Shown here: positions 49,050 through 58,143 of the stretch, piece by piece
How positions within the stretch are numbered: the stretch's first letter is position 1
How the letters are laid out: each line of letters opens with the position of its first letter
Assembly (NCBI GenBank): GCA_963662585.1
Contig: OY759729.1
Location: 1,856,001 to 1,920,000 of the forward strand
Direction: 5' to 3'
DNA: 64,000 nt
Origin: Candidatus Cloacimonadales bacterium
GTDB taxonomy: Bacteria; Cloacimonadota; Cloacimonadia; Cloacimonadales; JAFGVF01
Position numbers and translations under genes: made by a program
Notes under the pieces: generated by a model
Seen by the model: the letters and a program-made list of their open reading frames with translations, nothing else
Databases searched by the model: none
Told to the model about the DNA's origin: nothing

Positions 49050-49205
49050 GTTTTAACCTTTACATTATTAACTAAACTGTTTCGTTATAAATTTATCTTT
49101 CCACCAGACTTGAACTTGATCCTACTAAATTCATTAAACTTATTCCTTATAAGCAACCCCATCAATCCAGGTTCTTTAGTCAAAATAATAAAATACTTGC
49201 CAAAG

Positions 49206-49239
49206 TTAACTACTTGATTAAATTTGACCATATAGTTAA
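49206..49239. promoter_or_regulatory. Tandem putative TetR operators
   Basis: Two imperfect 16-bp palindromes, TTAACTACTTGATTAA and TTGACCATATAGTTAA, just upstream of the TetR gene. Confidence 0.5.
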
Positions 49240-49261
49240 TGTTTAAGAAATGAGAGGTATT

Positions 49262-49873
49262 ATGAAACGCTATAATAAAGACACGGAAGAGAAGATTTTG
49301 TTGGTAGCACAGCGAATTTTTCGTGAGAAAGGATTTAATGGGACTAAGACTCAAGACATCGCTGATGAAGCTGGGATTAATAAAGCACTATTGCATTATT
49401 ATTTCACAAGTAAAAGTATCCTTTTTGAACGAGTATTTTTAAGCTCAATAGAAGAGGTATTCACAGCCTTAGCGATACATTTGAATAGTGATGAATCAAT
49501 AATTGATAAGACTCCTAAAATGGTTTCATCTTATCTTAAATTTGTTAGTCAGAATGCGAATTTGTTTGTATTTGTTATTTCTGAAGCTTGGCAGAATCCA
49601 GAATTTACAGAGAAGTTTGTCAAAATAGTTTTAAGTAAAATTAATTATAACCAATATGTTACTTCCTTCAAGCGAGAAATAGAGCAAGGGATTATTAAAG
49701 ATGTTGATCCAGTTCAATTCTTGATAAATTTAGTATCTCTATGTATCTTCCCTTTTCTTGGTTCTCCGATTATCCAGAATGTCTTTGCTAAGGTTGAGGT
49801 TGATAAAAAAGAATTCTTTCTCCAGCGCAAAGAAGTGATCACTAATACTATGTTATCAATGGTAAAAAAGTAG
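49262..49873 (+). CDS. TetR/AcrR-family regulator
   Basis: IFREKGFNGTKTQDIADEAGINKALLHYYFTSK helix-turn-helix; ATG 49262 after GAGGT. Confidence 0.95.
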   Translation: MKRYNKDTEEKILLVAQRIFREKGFNGTKTQDIADEAGINKALLHYYFTSKSILFERVFLSSIEEVFTALAIHLNSDESIIDKTPKMVSSYLKFVSQNANLFVFVISEAWQNPEFTEKFVKIVLSKINYNQYVTSFKREIEQGIIKDVDPVQFLINLVSLCIFPFLGSPIIQNVFAKVEVDKKEFFLQRKEVITNTMLSMVKK

Positions 49874-49879
49874 GTAGAA

Positions 49880-50764
49880 ATGAGAAGAATATTCATATTT
49901 ATGGCAATGTTAATTCTGCTAAACGCTTGTGGAAAATACGATAAAACTAGTGATGCTTATGGTAATTTCGAGAGTGAAGAGATAATCGTAAGTTCGGAGA
50001 CTATGGGGATTTTGCAGGATTTTAAAGTTATTGAAGGTAATAGTGTGTTAAAGAATGAGATTATTGCAGTGATAGATACTACTGAAATGAGTTTACAGAA
50101 GAGGGAATTGCAAGTACAGTTAGCTTTAATTAAGATAAAAGAGGCTAAAGTAAAATCTGAACGGGAAGTAATAGCAATAGAATTGGCTAAAGTGCAAAGA
50201 GATGTTGAAAAAAATAGAATTCTCCTTGATGCTGGGGCTTTGGCTTTGGATATTTTGGAGAATTATCAGTATAAAGAAGATGTTTTACAGACACAATACT
50301 CGGGTTCTCTTTTAAATCTCTCTTCTTTAGATTCTGAAAGGAAGCAGTTAGAAATCAAGATTGAAAAGATTAATCATGAGATAAGCAAATCTTACATAAA
50401 GTCTCCTATTAGCGGAACAGTCTTAACTAAATTTGTTCAAGTTGGAGAGTTCGTTACCTTGGGAAAGCCTGTGATAAAAGTGGCGAACTTAGCAGATATT
50501 TATCTCAAGGCTTATGTTACTCAAACTCAGCTTGCTTCTATAGCCTTGAATCAGACTGTTACTATTTTAATAGATGATAATGCAGGTTTACGGGAGTTAG
50601 AGGGGCGTATCAGTTTTATAAGCTCTAAATCGGAATTTACACCTAAGACTATTCAGACTAGAGATGAAAGGGCTAATTTAGTCTATGCTATCAAAATTAA
50701 AGTTAAGTATGAGGAAGCTATAAAGATAGGCATGCCAGCAGAAGTTATTTTTAAGAGGAAGTAA
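49880..50764 (+). CDS. HlyD-family periplasmic adaptor (YbhG-like), lipoprotein
   Basis: Lipobox LNAC, YGNFES, SEFTPKTIQTRDER, GMPAEV. Confidence 0.9.
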   Translation: MRRIFIFMAMLILLNACGKYDKTSDAYGNFESEEIIVSSETMGILQDFKVIEGNSVLKNEIIAVIDTTEMSLQKRELQVQLALIKIKEAKVKSEREVIAIELAKVQRDVEKNRILLDAGALALDILENYQYKEDVLQTQYSGSLLNLSSLDSERKQLEIKIEKINHEISKSYIKSPISGTVLTKFVQVGEFVTLGKPVIKVANLADIYLKAYVTQTQLASIALNQTVTILIDDNAGLRELEGRISFISSKSEFTPKTIQTRDERANLVYAIKIKVKYEEAIKIGMPAEVIFKRK

Positions 50765-51699
50765 TGTCAGAATTAATCAAGCTTGAGAATCTTCTCTATT
50801 CTTATGGTTCAAAAGTAGCTGTTGATCTACCAATTTTGGAAGTAGAGGAAGGAGACTTATATGGAATCATAGGAGCTGATGGTGCAGGAAAGACAACATT
50901 ATTTAGACTTCTTGCTACCCTTTATAAACCTCAGCGAGGTAAGATTACTGTCTTTGGTCATGACAGCATGCCTGATTTTGCCAAGATTCGTAAGTTTACT
51001 GGCTATATGCCTGGTAAGTTTTCTCTCTATGAAGACTTAACTATCAAGGAAAATATGAACTTCTTTGCTTCTGTATTTGGTACTAGTGTAGAAGAAAACT
51101 ATTCCCTTATTGAAGAGATTTATGTAATGTTAAAGCCCTTTGAGAACAGGAAGGCAGGCAAATTATCTGGTGGAATGAAACAGAAACTAGCCTTGTGTTC
51201 TGCCTTAATTCATAAGCCTAGATTACTGCTATTGGATGAACCAACTACGGGTGTTGACCCTGCTTCAAGACAAGAGTTCTGGGAGATGCTACTTAAACTT
51301 CAAAAGAAAGGCATCACTATCATTGTCTCGACCCCCTATCTTGATGAGGCTCAAAAGTGTAAGAAACTAGCCTTGATGCATAAATCCAAGATAATTGCTC
51401 ATGGTAATACTTCTGATTTTATTACTAATTTTCCTTCTGCCCTTTTTCATATTAAAGGCTCAGATATGCGAGGCTTAATCCATCAATTAAGGGAATTTCC
51501 TCATTGCCATTCTGCTTATAGTTTTGGAGATAGTATTCATTATCAGGATAAAAGACCAAAGCCGGAAGACGAGATTCAGCAAGAAATAGAGACTTATTTA
51601 AAGAAATTAGGACAGGTCAAAACAAGTGTGATGAAGCAAACTCCTACAATTGAAGATGCCTTTATAGAATATCTACATGGTGAAGAAAATGATAATTAA
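50764..51699 (+). CDS. ABC transporter ATP-binding protein
   Basis: GADGAGKT, LSGGMKQ, LLLDEPT, STPYLDEA. Confidence 0.95.
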   Translation: MSELIKLENLLYSYGSKVAVDLPILEVEEGDLYGIIGADGAGKTTLFRLLATLYKPQRGKITVFGHDSMPDFAKIRKFTGYMPGKFSLYEDLTIKENMNFFASVFGTSVEENYSLIEEIYVMLKPFENRKAGKLSGGMKQKLALCSALIHKPRLLLLDEPTTGVDPASRQEFWEMLLKLQKKGITIIVSTPYLDEAQKCKKLALMHKSKIIAHGNTSDFITNFPSALFHIKGSDMRGLIHQLREFPHCHSAYSFGDSIHYQDKRPKPEDEIQQEIETYLKKLGQVKTSVMKQTPTIEDAFIEYLHGEENDN

Positions 51700-52402
51700 A
51701 GTAGAAAATTTAGTTAAGAAGTTCGGTGACTTTACGGCAGTTGATAAGATTAGCTTCCAAGTCCCTAAAGGTGAAATATTTGGTTTTCTAGGAGCGAATG
51801 GAGCAGGTAAAACTACAGCAATTAAGATGCTTTGCGGACTATCCAAGCCAACTTCAGGTTCTGCTAACATTGCGGGTTATGATTTAGTGAGTCAATCAGA
51901 GCAAGTAAAGCTAAATATTGGTTATATGAGTCAGAAGTTTTCTCTTTATGATGACTTAACTATTGGGGAAAATATTGATTTTTATGGTGGATTGTATCGC
52001 CTAAAAGGTCTAGAGTTAAGGCAGAAGAAAGATGCTATCTTGCGAGAATTAGGCTTAGTAAAACAAAGAAAAGACTTGGTTAAGTCGCTTCCCTTAGGCT
52101 GGAAACAGAAATTAGCTTTTTCTGTAGCAACTATTCATGAACCTAAGATTCTTTTTTTAGATGAGCCTACAAGTGGGGTAGATCCTATTACTAGACGCAA
52201 GTTTTGGGAGATAATAATTGCTACTGCAAATCAAGGAATTACGATTTTTATTACTACTCACTATTTAGATGAAGCTGAGTATTGCGACAGAATTTCCATA
52301 ATGGTTAATGGTAAAATTATAGCTCTTGATTCCCCAGCTAATCTAAAGGCTAAACTCAATGTCAAGACAACGGCAGAGATCTTTGCCAAATTAACAAGGT
52401 GA
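51689..52402 (+). CDS. ABC transporter ATP-binding protein
   Basis: GANGAGKT, degenerate signature LPLGWKQ, LDEPT, THYLDEAE. Confidence 0.95.
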   Translation: MIIKVENLVKKFGDFTAVDKISFQVPKGEIFGFLGANGAGKTTAIKMLCGLSKPTSGSANIAGYDLVSQSEQVKLNIGYMSQKFSLYDDLTIGENIDFYGGLYRLKGLELRQKKDAILRELGLVKQRKDLVKSLPLGWKQKLAFSVATIHEPKILFLDEPTSGVDPITRRKFWEIIIATANQGITIFITTHYLDEAEYCDRISIMVNGKIIALDSPANLKAKLNVKTTAEIFAKLTR

Positions 52403-52406
52403 TGCT

Positions 52407-53510
52407 ATGAAAGAACTTATCTATTTTATCAAGAAAGAGTTTTTGCATATTTTTAGAGATTCCAAGAGCCTAATTATTCTCTTCGGCTTACCCATTATTC
52501 AGATAATACTATTCGGATTTGCTCTTACTAACGAGATTACCAATGTTGATTTTGCAGTATATGATAATTCTAAGTCTCATACTTCCCAACGACTTATCAA
52601 TAAAATTAATGCTACTGATTTCTTTACTTTGCAAGCATATATTACTAATCCTGACAAAATGGAAGAAGCTTTAATCAGTAATAGTGTTAAGTTTGTTTTG
52701 GTGATAGACTCTGATTTTGCTCAAAGCTATCCTCAAGGCAAGCAAGGTAAGATTCAGCTTTTGTTAGATGCTTCAGACCCTAACATAGCTACCAATATCC
52801 GAGCATATCTTAATAATATTATCACTGATTTTAGTCAGGAAGAATTTCCTAGTCTAGAAAAGAGTGATTTTATGACAGTAAAGATGTTCTATAATCCCCA
52901 AGTGAAAAGTGCTTATCTCTTTATTCCTGGACTCATGGCTTTCATTCTTACCCTTATTTCTGCCTTTATGACTTCTATTACTCTCACCCGCGAAAAAGAA
53001 CTGGGGAATATGGAAATTCTGTTAATTTCACCCCTAAAACCCTATCAGATTATCGTGGGAAAAGTTATTCCTTATGCTATTCTATCTATTATCAATATAG
53101 CTAATATTCTCTTGTTAGGAAAGTTTGTCTTTGGAATGCCTCTTAATGGCTCACTTCTCTTGCTAAGTCTAGAATCTCTGCTATTCTTGCTTAATAGTTT
53201 AGCACTGGGAATTCTTATCTCATCATTTACTAATAGTCGACAAGTCGCTATGATGGTTGCTCTAGCTGGATTACTCCTTCCTACTATGCTTCTGTCAGGA
53301 TTTATTTTCCCTGTCTCTAATATGCCTAAAGTGTTGCAATATTTCTCGCAAGTTATTCCTGCAACTCATTTCATCACTATTCTCAAAGGAATTATGATTA
53401 AAGGTATCGGAATCAGCTATCTTATCAAAGAAACAAGCATTCTCGCCCTGCTTACCCTTCTATTTATTAGTATTTCGATTAAAAAGTTCAATGTGAGGTT
53501 AGACAAATGA
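52407..53510 (+). CDS. ABC-2 permease (YbhS-like)
   Basis: KEFLHIFRD, IPGL, REKELGNME and LSGFIFP motifs. Confidence 0.92.
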   Translation: MKELIYFIKKEFLHIFRDSKSLIILFGLPIIQIILFGFALTNEITNVDFAVYDNSKSHTSQRLINKINATDFFTLQAYITNPDKMEEALISNSVKFVLVIDSDFAQSYPQGKQGKIQLLLDASDPNIATNIRAYLNNIITDFSQEEFPSLEKSDFMTVKMFYNPQVKSAYLFIPGLMAFILTLISAFMTSITLTREKELGNMEILLISPLKPYQIIVGKVIPYAILSIINIANILLLGKFVFGMPLNGSLLLLSLESLLFLLNSLALGILISSFTNSRQVAMMVALAGLLLPTMLLSGFIFPVSNMPKVLQYFSQVIPATHFITILKGIMIKGIGISYLIKETSILALLTLLFISISIKKFNVRLDK

Positions 53511-54595
53511 GAACTCTCTTTATCCTAATTAGAAAAGAACTGAAGCAAATATTCCGTAATAAAGGTATGCTCCCCATAATCTTTGCTATGCCTCTTATTC
53601 AATTGCTGATTCTAGCCAATGCTGCCAACTACGAAATTAAGAATATTAATGTCTCTATCTTAGACTATGGTAAAAATGATTTTATTCCTGAGCTCTCTTC
53701 TCACTTAGAATATAATAGCTACTTTACGCTCAAAGGTGTGGATTATGATTATTCTAATGCTATTGCTCGCTTGGATAAAGGTCAAGTTGATGCTATTATC
53801 GTCCTTAACAATAACTTCGTACGACAATTTAATTCTGAAGAAGCCCAAATTCAACTGATTATTAATACTATAGATGGTGCTTCGTCAGGTATCATTCTTA
53901 GCTATCTGTCTGACTTTATGGGGCAATATCTCTCGCAAAATAATAGTTCTTCTCCCTTGATTAATATGCAATATACCAATAAGTTTAATCTGAAGCTAGA
54001 CTATAAGACTGTTATGGTGCCTGGTATTCTAGTGATTCTGATTTCAGTGATTAGTGTTTTCTTGACTGCTATGAATGTTGTGAGAGAAAAGGAAATTGGA
54101 ACCATAGATCAACTCAATGTTTCACCTATCACAAAACTTCAATTTATCGGTGGAAAACTCATTCCTATGGCTGTTATTGCTCTAGGTGAATTAATGTTTG
54201 GAATTGCTATAGGAAGATTAATTTATGGTATCCCTTTTATGGGTAATCCTATAACTATCATTATCTTCGCCCTTGCCTACCTCTGGGTTATGCTGTCATT
54301 CGGACTCATCATCTCTACTCGTGCCGAAACTCAACAACAAGCTATGCTAATCGCCTATGTTTTCTTAGTTATCTTCATTATGTTTTCAGGACTCTTCACC
54401 TCGGTCGAAAGTATGCCAACTTGGGCTAATTATATCTCCCAAGCTATTCCTGTCACTCACTTCATCACTGTGATGCGTTCTGTGATGCTTAAGGCTACTC
54501 CCCTTCATTTATTATATAAAGAATTGATCATTTTACTAGCAAGTGGAGGCCTGCTCTTTACTCTTGCTACGCTTGGATATAAGAAGACAGAATAG
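53507..54595 (+). CDS. ABC-2 permease (YbhR-like)
   Basis: KELKQIFRN, VPGI, REKEIGTIDQ and TQQQAM motifs. Confidence 0.92.
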   Translation: MRTLFILIRKELKQIFRNKGMLPIIFAMPLIQLLILANAANYEIKNINVSILDYGKNDFIPELSSHLEYNSYFTLKGVDYDYSNAIARLDKGQVDAIIVLNNNFVRQFNSEEAQIQLIINTIDGASSGIILSYLSDFMGQYLSQNNSSSPLINMQYTNKFNLKLDYKTVMVPGILVILISVISVFLTAMNVVREKEIGTIDQLNVSPITKLQFIGGKLIPMAVIALGELMFGIAIGRLIYGIPFMGNPITIIIFALAYLWVMLSFGLIISTRAETQQQAMLIAYVFLVIFIMFSGLFTSVESMPTWANYISQAIPVTHFITVMRSVMLKATPLHLLYKELIILLASGGLLFTLATLGYKKTE

Positions 54596-54620
54596 AATTG
54601 AGAATTGAGAATTGAGAAGT
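54593..54620. repeat. Tandem heptamer GAGAATT, about 4 units
   Basis: TAGAATT GAGAATT GAGAATT GAGAAGT, beginning at the permease stop codon. Confidence 0.85.
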
Positions 54621-54671
54621 GATGAATCTATCCACTAATTTCACGAATTACACGAAGAAGATAGAGAAGAC

Positions 54672-54765
54672 AAAGATGAGTGGCTTCTTAACTGGGAATG
54701 TGGGCTTCCAGCCCGCATCATTGCGAGGCAATGACATATCTTCAATCCCGAAGGGATTAAATAAA
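54672..54765. repeat. 94-bp palindromic module, copy 2
   Basis: Matches 22050-22143 with 4 mismatches. Confidence 0.93.
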
Positions 54766-54829
54766 TAAATACTGTCGGACGGTGGAGATTCTCTCCGCCA
54801 CTTGTTTCATCTAAACTTGAACTTGCAAC

Positions 54830-55660
54830 TTAGAAACTAGATTCTACCAACTCCCCATTTTCGTAGGTTTCTTCATAATTAATGCTTCCGTTTTCATTAT
54901 AATCGATGAACTTACCATGCAGTTTCCCATTTTTGTAGTAAATTTTACGAGAGATATTACCATTTATATAATATGATAAATGCTCACCGACTTTTTTACC
55001 CATTACATAATAAGCTTTAGTTTTTAGATTCTTGTTGTGAAAATACTCTAAATACTCACCATCTTTTTTCCCATTTATATAGTTACACTTGCTATCTATA
55101 TTCCCATTAGGATGGTACCATAAAACCTCTCCCTCTTCCTTTCCAACTTTATAATAACGCTCAACTATTAAGCCCCCATTTTTATCATAACTTTTATACT
55201 CACCTTCTCTTTTCCCATCTATATAGTATGCTTTATCCCAGAGGGCTCCATTCTCATGATAACCAATAGATTCACCTTCTTCTTTACCTTCTTTATAAGT
55301 AGCTTTTATCCATAAATTACCATTCTCATGATACTTGATAAGTTCTCCATCCTCTTTCCCATCTTTAAAATTAACTTTACTGCGTAAATCTCCATTTTTA
55401 AAATATCCTATGAACTCCCCAGTTTGCTTATCGTTAATATAGTTGCCTATATATGCCATAACTCCATTTTCATAATACACAATAGACTGACCATTCTTTT
55501 TATCATCTTTATACTGGGATACTCGTTTGATTGCTCCGTTTTTATAATATTCCATGACTTGGCCATTCTTTGTATCATTTTCATGATTAATAGCATTATT
55601 ACTACAAGCAACGACTATTAAAAAGAGTAAAAATAGGAATAAGTACTTATTTAATTTCAT
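54830..55660 (-). CDS. MORN-variant repeat lipoprotein (YwqK-like)
   Basis: Lipobox VVAC and about ten 24-aa repeats of the type G....Y.ENG.L.....Y..GK. Confidence 0.85.
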   Translation of the reverse strand: MKLNKYLFLFLLFLIVVACSNNAINHENDTKNGQVMEYYKNGAIKRVSQYKDDKKNGQSIVYYENGVMAYIGNYINDKQTGEFIGYFKNGDLRSKVNFKDGKEDGELIKYHENGNLWIKATYKEGKEEGESIGYHENGALWDKAYYIDGKREGEYKSYDKNGGLIVERYYKVGKEEGEVLWYHPNGNIDSKCNYINGKKDGEYLEYFHNKNLKTKAYYVMGKKVGEHLSYYINGNISRKIYYKNGKLHGKFIDYNENGSINYEETYENGELVESSF

Positions 55661-56115
55661 CTCCTCTCCTCTTATAAATTATTATTATCAAATTTATTAC
55701 TCTTCATCTCCTTTGTCAAATTCTTAATTTATTAAGCTCTTAGGGACTATTAGATGGTCGTCTGTTGCTCTTTTGTTAGTTCTTGAGATAGCTCTTGAGG
55801 ACCAGCAGAGGAAGTAAAGGAGAGAAGCTACTTCCCAAAATTAGTTAGGACGAAAAACAAAGAAAAAAAAGGAAGATAAGTAACCAGCTTAGATGAATAT
55901 ATAGAATCTGCTATATTATTACTTTAAAATAGAATATAGAACACAATTTTATTTATCAACACTCATCTTTTATGATATTTATTTTATTAATATTTTTTTT
56001 CATTAACTCATAATAAGTATTGACAAATAAAATTGAGATAATTAATTTAGTTTATATATAATTTTCTAGTGACAGAAATAGGTTAACTAACTTTTGTAAT
56101 GACTTTGGAGTTAAT

Positions 56116-58143
56116 ATGAAACAATATGTAAGATTTGTATGGCTATTACTGATATTGCTACTACTTGCTTGTGAAGAAAGAAGCACTAACCCTGACAATT
56201 ACCCTAACATACTTTCTCAAAATACTTACCTGATATCTACTGCAGATATTAATCAAAATGCTATAACTATCACAGAATCTACCCTTATTATAAAGCAGTC
56301 TGGTGCTCTAAAATATTTAGATACTGGAGATATATTAATAGTCGGACCAAATAACTTGTCCGACAAAGGTCTTTTTCTTAAAATTATAAGTAAAGAAACG
56401 ACAAATGATGAAATTACTTTAACAATTGAAAAAGCAAGATTAACTGAAGCTTTTACTAATTTAGATGTAGAAGAAAAGATACAACTTACTTCTGAAGATA
56501 TCCGTGAGATTGAGCTTAATAATAGTAGCTATTCTAGCGATGATGAGAGACTTAATTTTAATGTGGATGGCATTGTTTATGATCGGGATAATGATATTAC
56601 AACTACTGATGATCAAGTTAAATTTACAGGAACTTTATCTTTTGAATTAGCTTTTGAGCTAGAACTTGAAATAGAAAAGAACCTACTAGAGGAGTATCAG
56701 CTTAACTGGGATATAGACAAGGATATTAATTTAAATCTAGTCACTGGTAGTACGGTTTATGAAGAGATGGATAACTTGATGCTTGATATAGCCTATATTT
56801 CTTATTCTCCTCAACTAATTCTGATAGATAACATTCCCTTAGTAATCACCCCTAAAGTGCATCTTTCTGTAGCTTTAGATGGTGAACTAATGGTAAAGTT
56901 CGCTTCTAATATTAGTTATTCTGAATCTTCAGAAAGTGGGTTGGAATATGATTCAGGATTATGGAATAATATAAATTCTAACGATAATAGCTTTTCTCTT
57001 TCTGAGTTACCAGAGAATAACGAGTTAGATTTTACTCAAAAAACCTCAACCCTTCTTGCTTTAGATTTGTTCAATTCAGAAATAGCTAGCATTCTTGTAG
57101 ATAATAAGCTAAACTTTGAAGCTAAACATTATGCTACTCAAGATAATAGTAACAATCTAAAAACCCTTATAACTGCAAGTCAGCTGGTTAGCTCAGATTT
57201 CAGAATGCAAATAATCTCTCCTTTGCTTGCAGATAAATATTGTGAGTTCCTAGCCTATGAACAGACTCTTACCGATGATTACAGTTCAATTGATACTCCA
57301 GCAGATATGGCATTTGTGCCAGGAGGAGCTTTTATCATGGGAAATACTAGAGGAGCTGAAGTAGAGGAAGAACTTACTCCTCATCAAGTTTTCCTTAGTC
57401 CTTTTTATATGTGTATCCATGAAGTTACTCAAGGTGAATATTCAGCTATCATGGGAGAAAATCCAAGCAGTCTTCTTAGTGAAGAATGGCCTGTGGAGAA
57501 AGTAAGTAGAGCTAAAGCTTATGCCTACTGCAATTTATTATCAATAGAGGAAAACAGGGAACCAGCTTACACCTATGATCAAGATGGGACAGACCCGAAT
57601 ACTTGGTCTGATGGCTGGACTGATTCTAATAATGTAGATAATTTTACTTGTGATTTTACAGCAAATGGCTATAGACTTCCTACCGAAGCAGAATGGGAGT
57701 ATGCAGCCAGAGGTGCTACAAATGAACCTGACTACATCTATTCAGGTTCAGACAACTTTTCTAATGTTGTAGGTATCGGGCTTTGGGAATATTGGTGGGG
57801 ACCAGGTGCTGTAGAAGGTTATTCTCTTATAGGATATAGCGCCGTATGTAGTAGAAATGCTAATTCCTTAGGTATTTATGATATGTCGGGAAGTGTCTGG
57901 GAAATGTGTTGGGATTACTATGCCCTTTATAATACAGACTTTCAAGTTAATCCTACTGGTCCTGAAAGCGGTATTAATCATGTGTTGAGAGGTGGGTCAG
58001 TGGAAAACATGACCGAGAACCGCCCTCAATGTCAAGTAATTTATCGTGGTCACTTTTCAGAAACTGTTCATCCTCCCCAGTGTATTGGTTTTAGGGTGGT
58101 TATGAATGCAGATCAAGATAATCTAGGAGGAAATAATGATTAG
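56116..58143 (+). CDS. Lipoprotein with C-terminal FGE-sulfatase (SUMF1) domain
   Basis: Lipobox LLAC; PGGAFIMG, EVTQ, PVEKVS, RLPTEAEWEYAARG, GIYDMSGSVWE, RGGS, IGFR. Confidence 0.88.
   Translation: MKQYVRFVWLLLILLLLACEERSTNPDNYPNILSQNTYLISTADINQNAITITESTLIIKQSGALKYLDTGDILIVGPNNLSDKGLFLKIISKETTNDEITLTIEKARLTEAFTNLDVEEKIQLTSEDIREIELNNSSYSSDDERLNFNVDGIVYDRDNDITTTDDQVKFTGTLSFELAFELELEIEKNLLEEYQLNWDIDKDINLNLVTGSTVYEEMDNLMLDIAYISYSPQLILIDNIPLVITPKVHLSVALDGELMVKFASNISYSESSESGLEYDSGLWNNINSNDNSFSLSELPENNELDFTQKTSTLLALDLFNSEIASILVDNKLNFEAKHYATQDNSNNLKTLITASQLVSSDFRMQIISPLLADKYCEFLAYEQTLTDDYSSIDTPADMAFVPGGAFIMGNTRGAEVEEELTPHQVFLSPFYMCIHEVTQGEYSAIMGENPSSLLSEEWPVEKVSRAKAYAYCNLLSIEENREPAYTYDQDGTDPNTWSDGWTDSNNVDNFTCDFTANGYRLPTEAEWEYAARGATNEPDYIYSGSDNFSNVVGIGLWEYWWGPGAVEGYSLIGYSAVCSRNANSLGIYDMSGSVWEMCWDYYALYNTDFQVNPTGPESGINHVLRGGSVENMTENRPQCQVIYRGHFSETVHPPQCIGFRVVMNADQDNLGGNND

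Noticed and set aside
49014..49354. ORFs 49014-49217(+) and 49085-49354(-)
   Set aside because: They overlap a repeat doublet, the operator region and the TetR gene, and show no protein features.
54830..55660. Toxin-antitoxin system implied by the YwqK-like label
   Set aside because: There is no adjacent toxin gene; the protein is a MORN-variant repeat lipoprotein.
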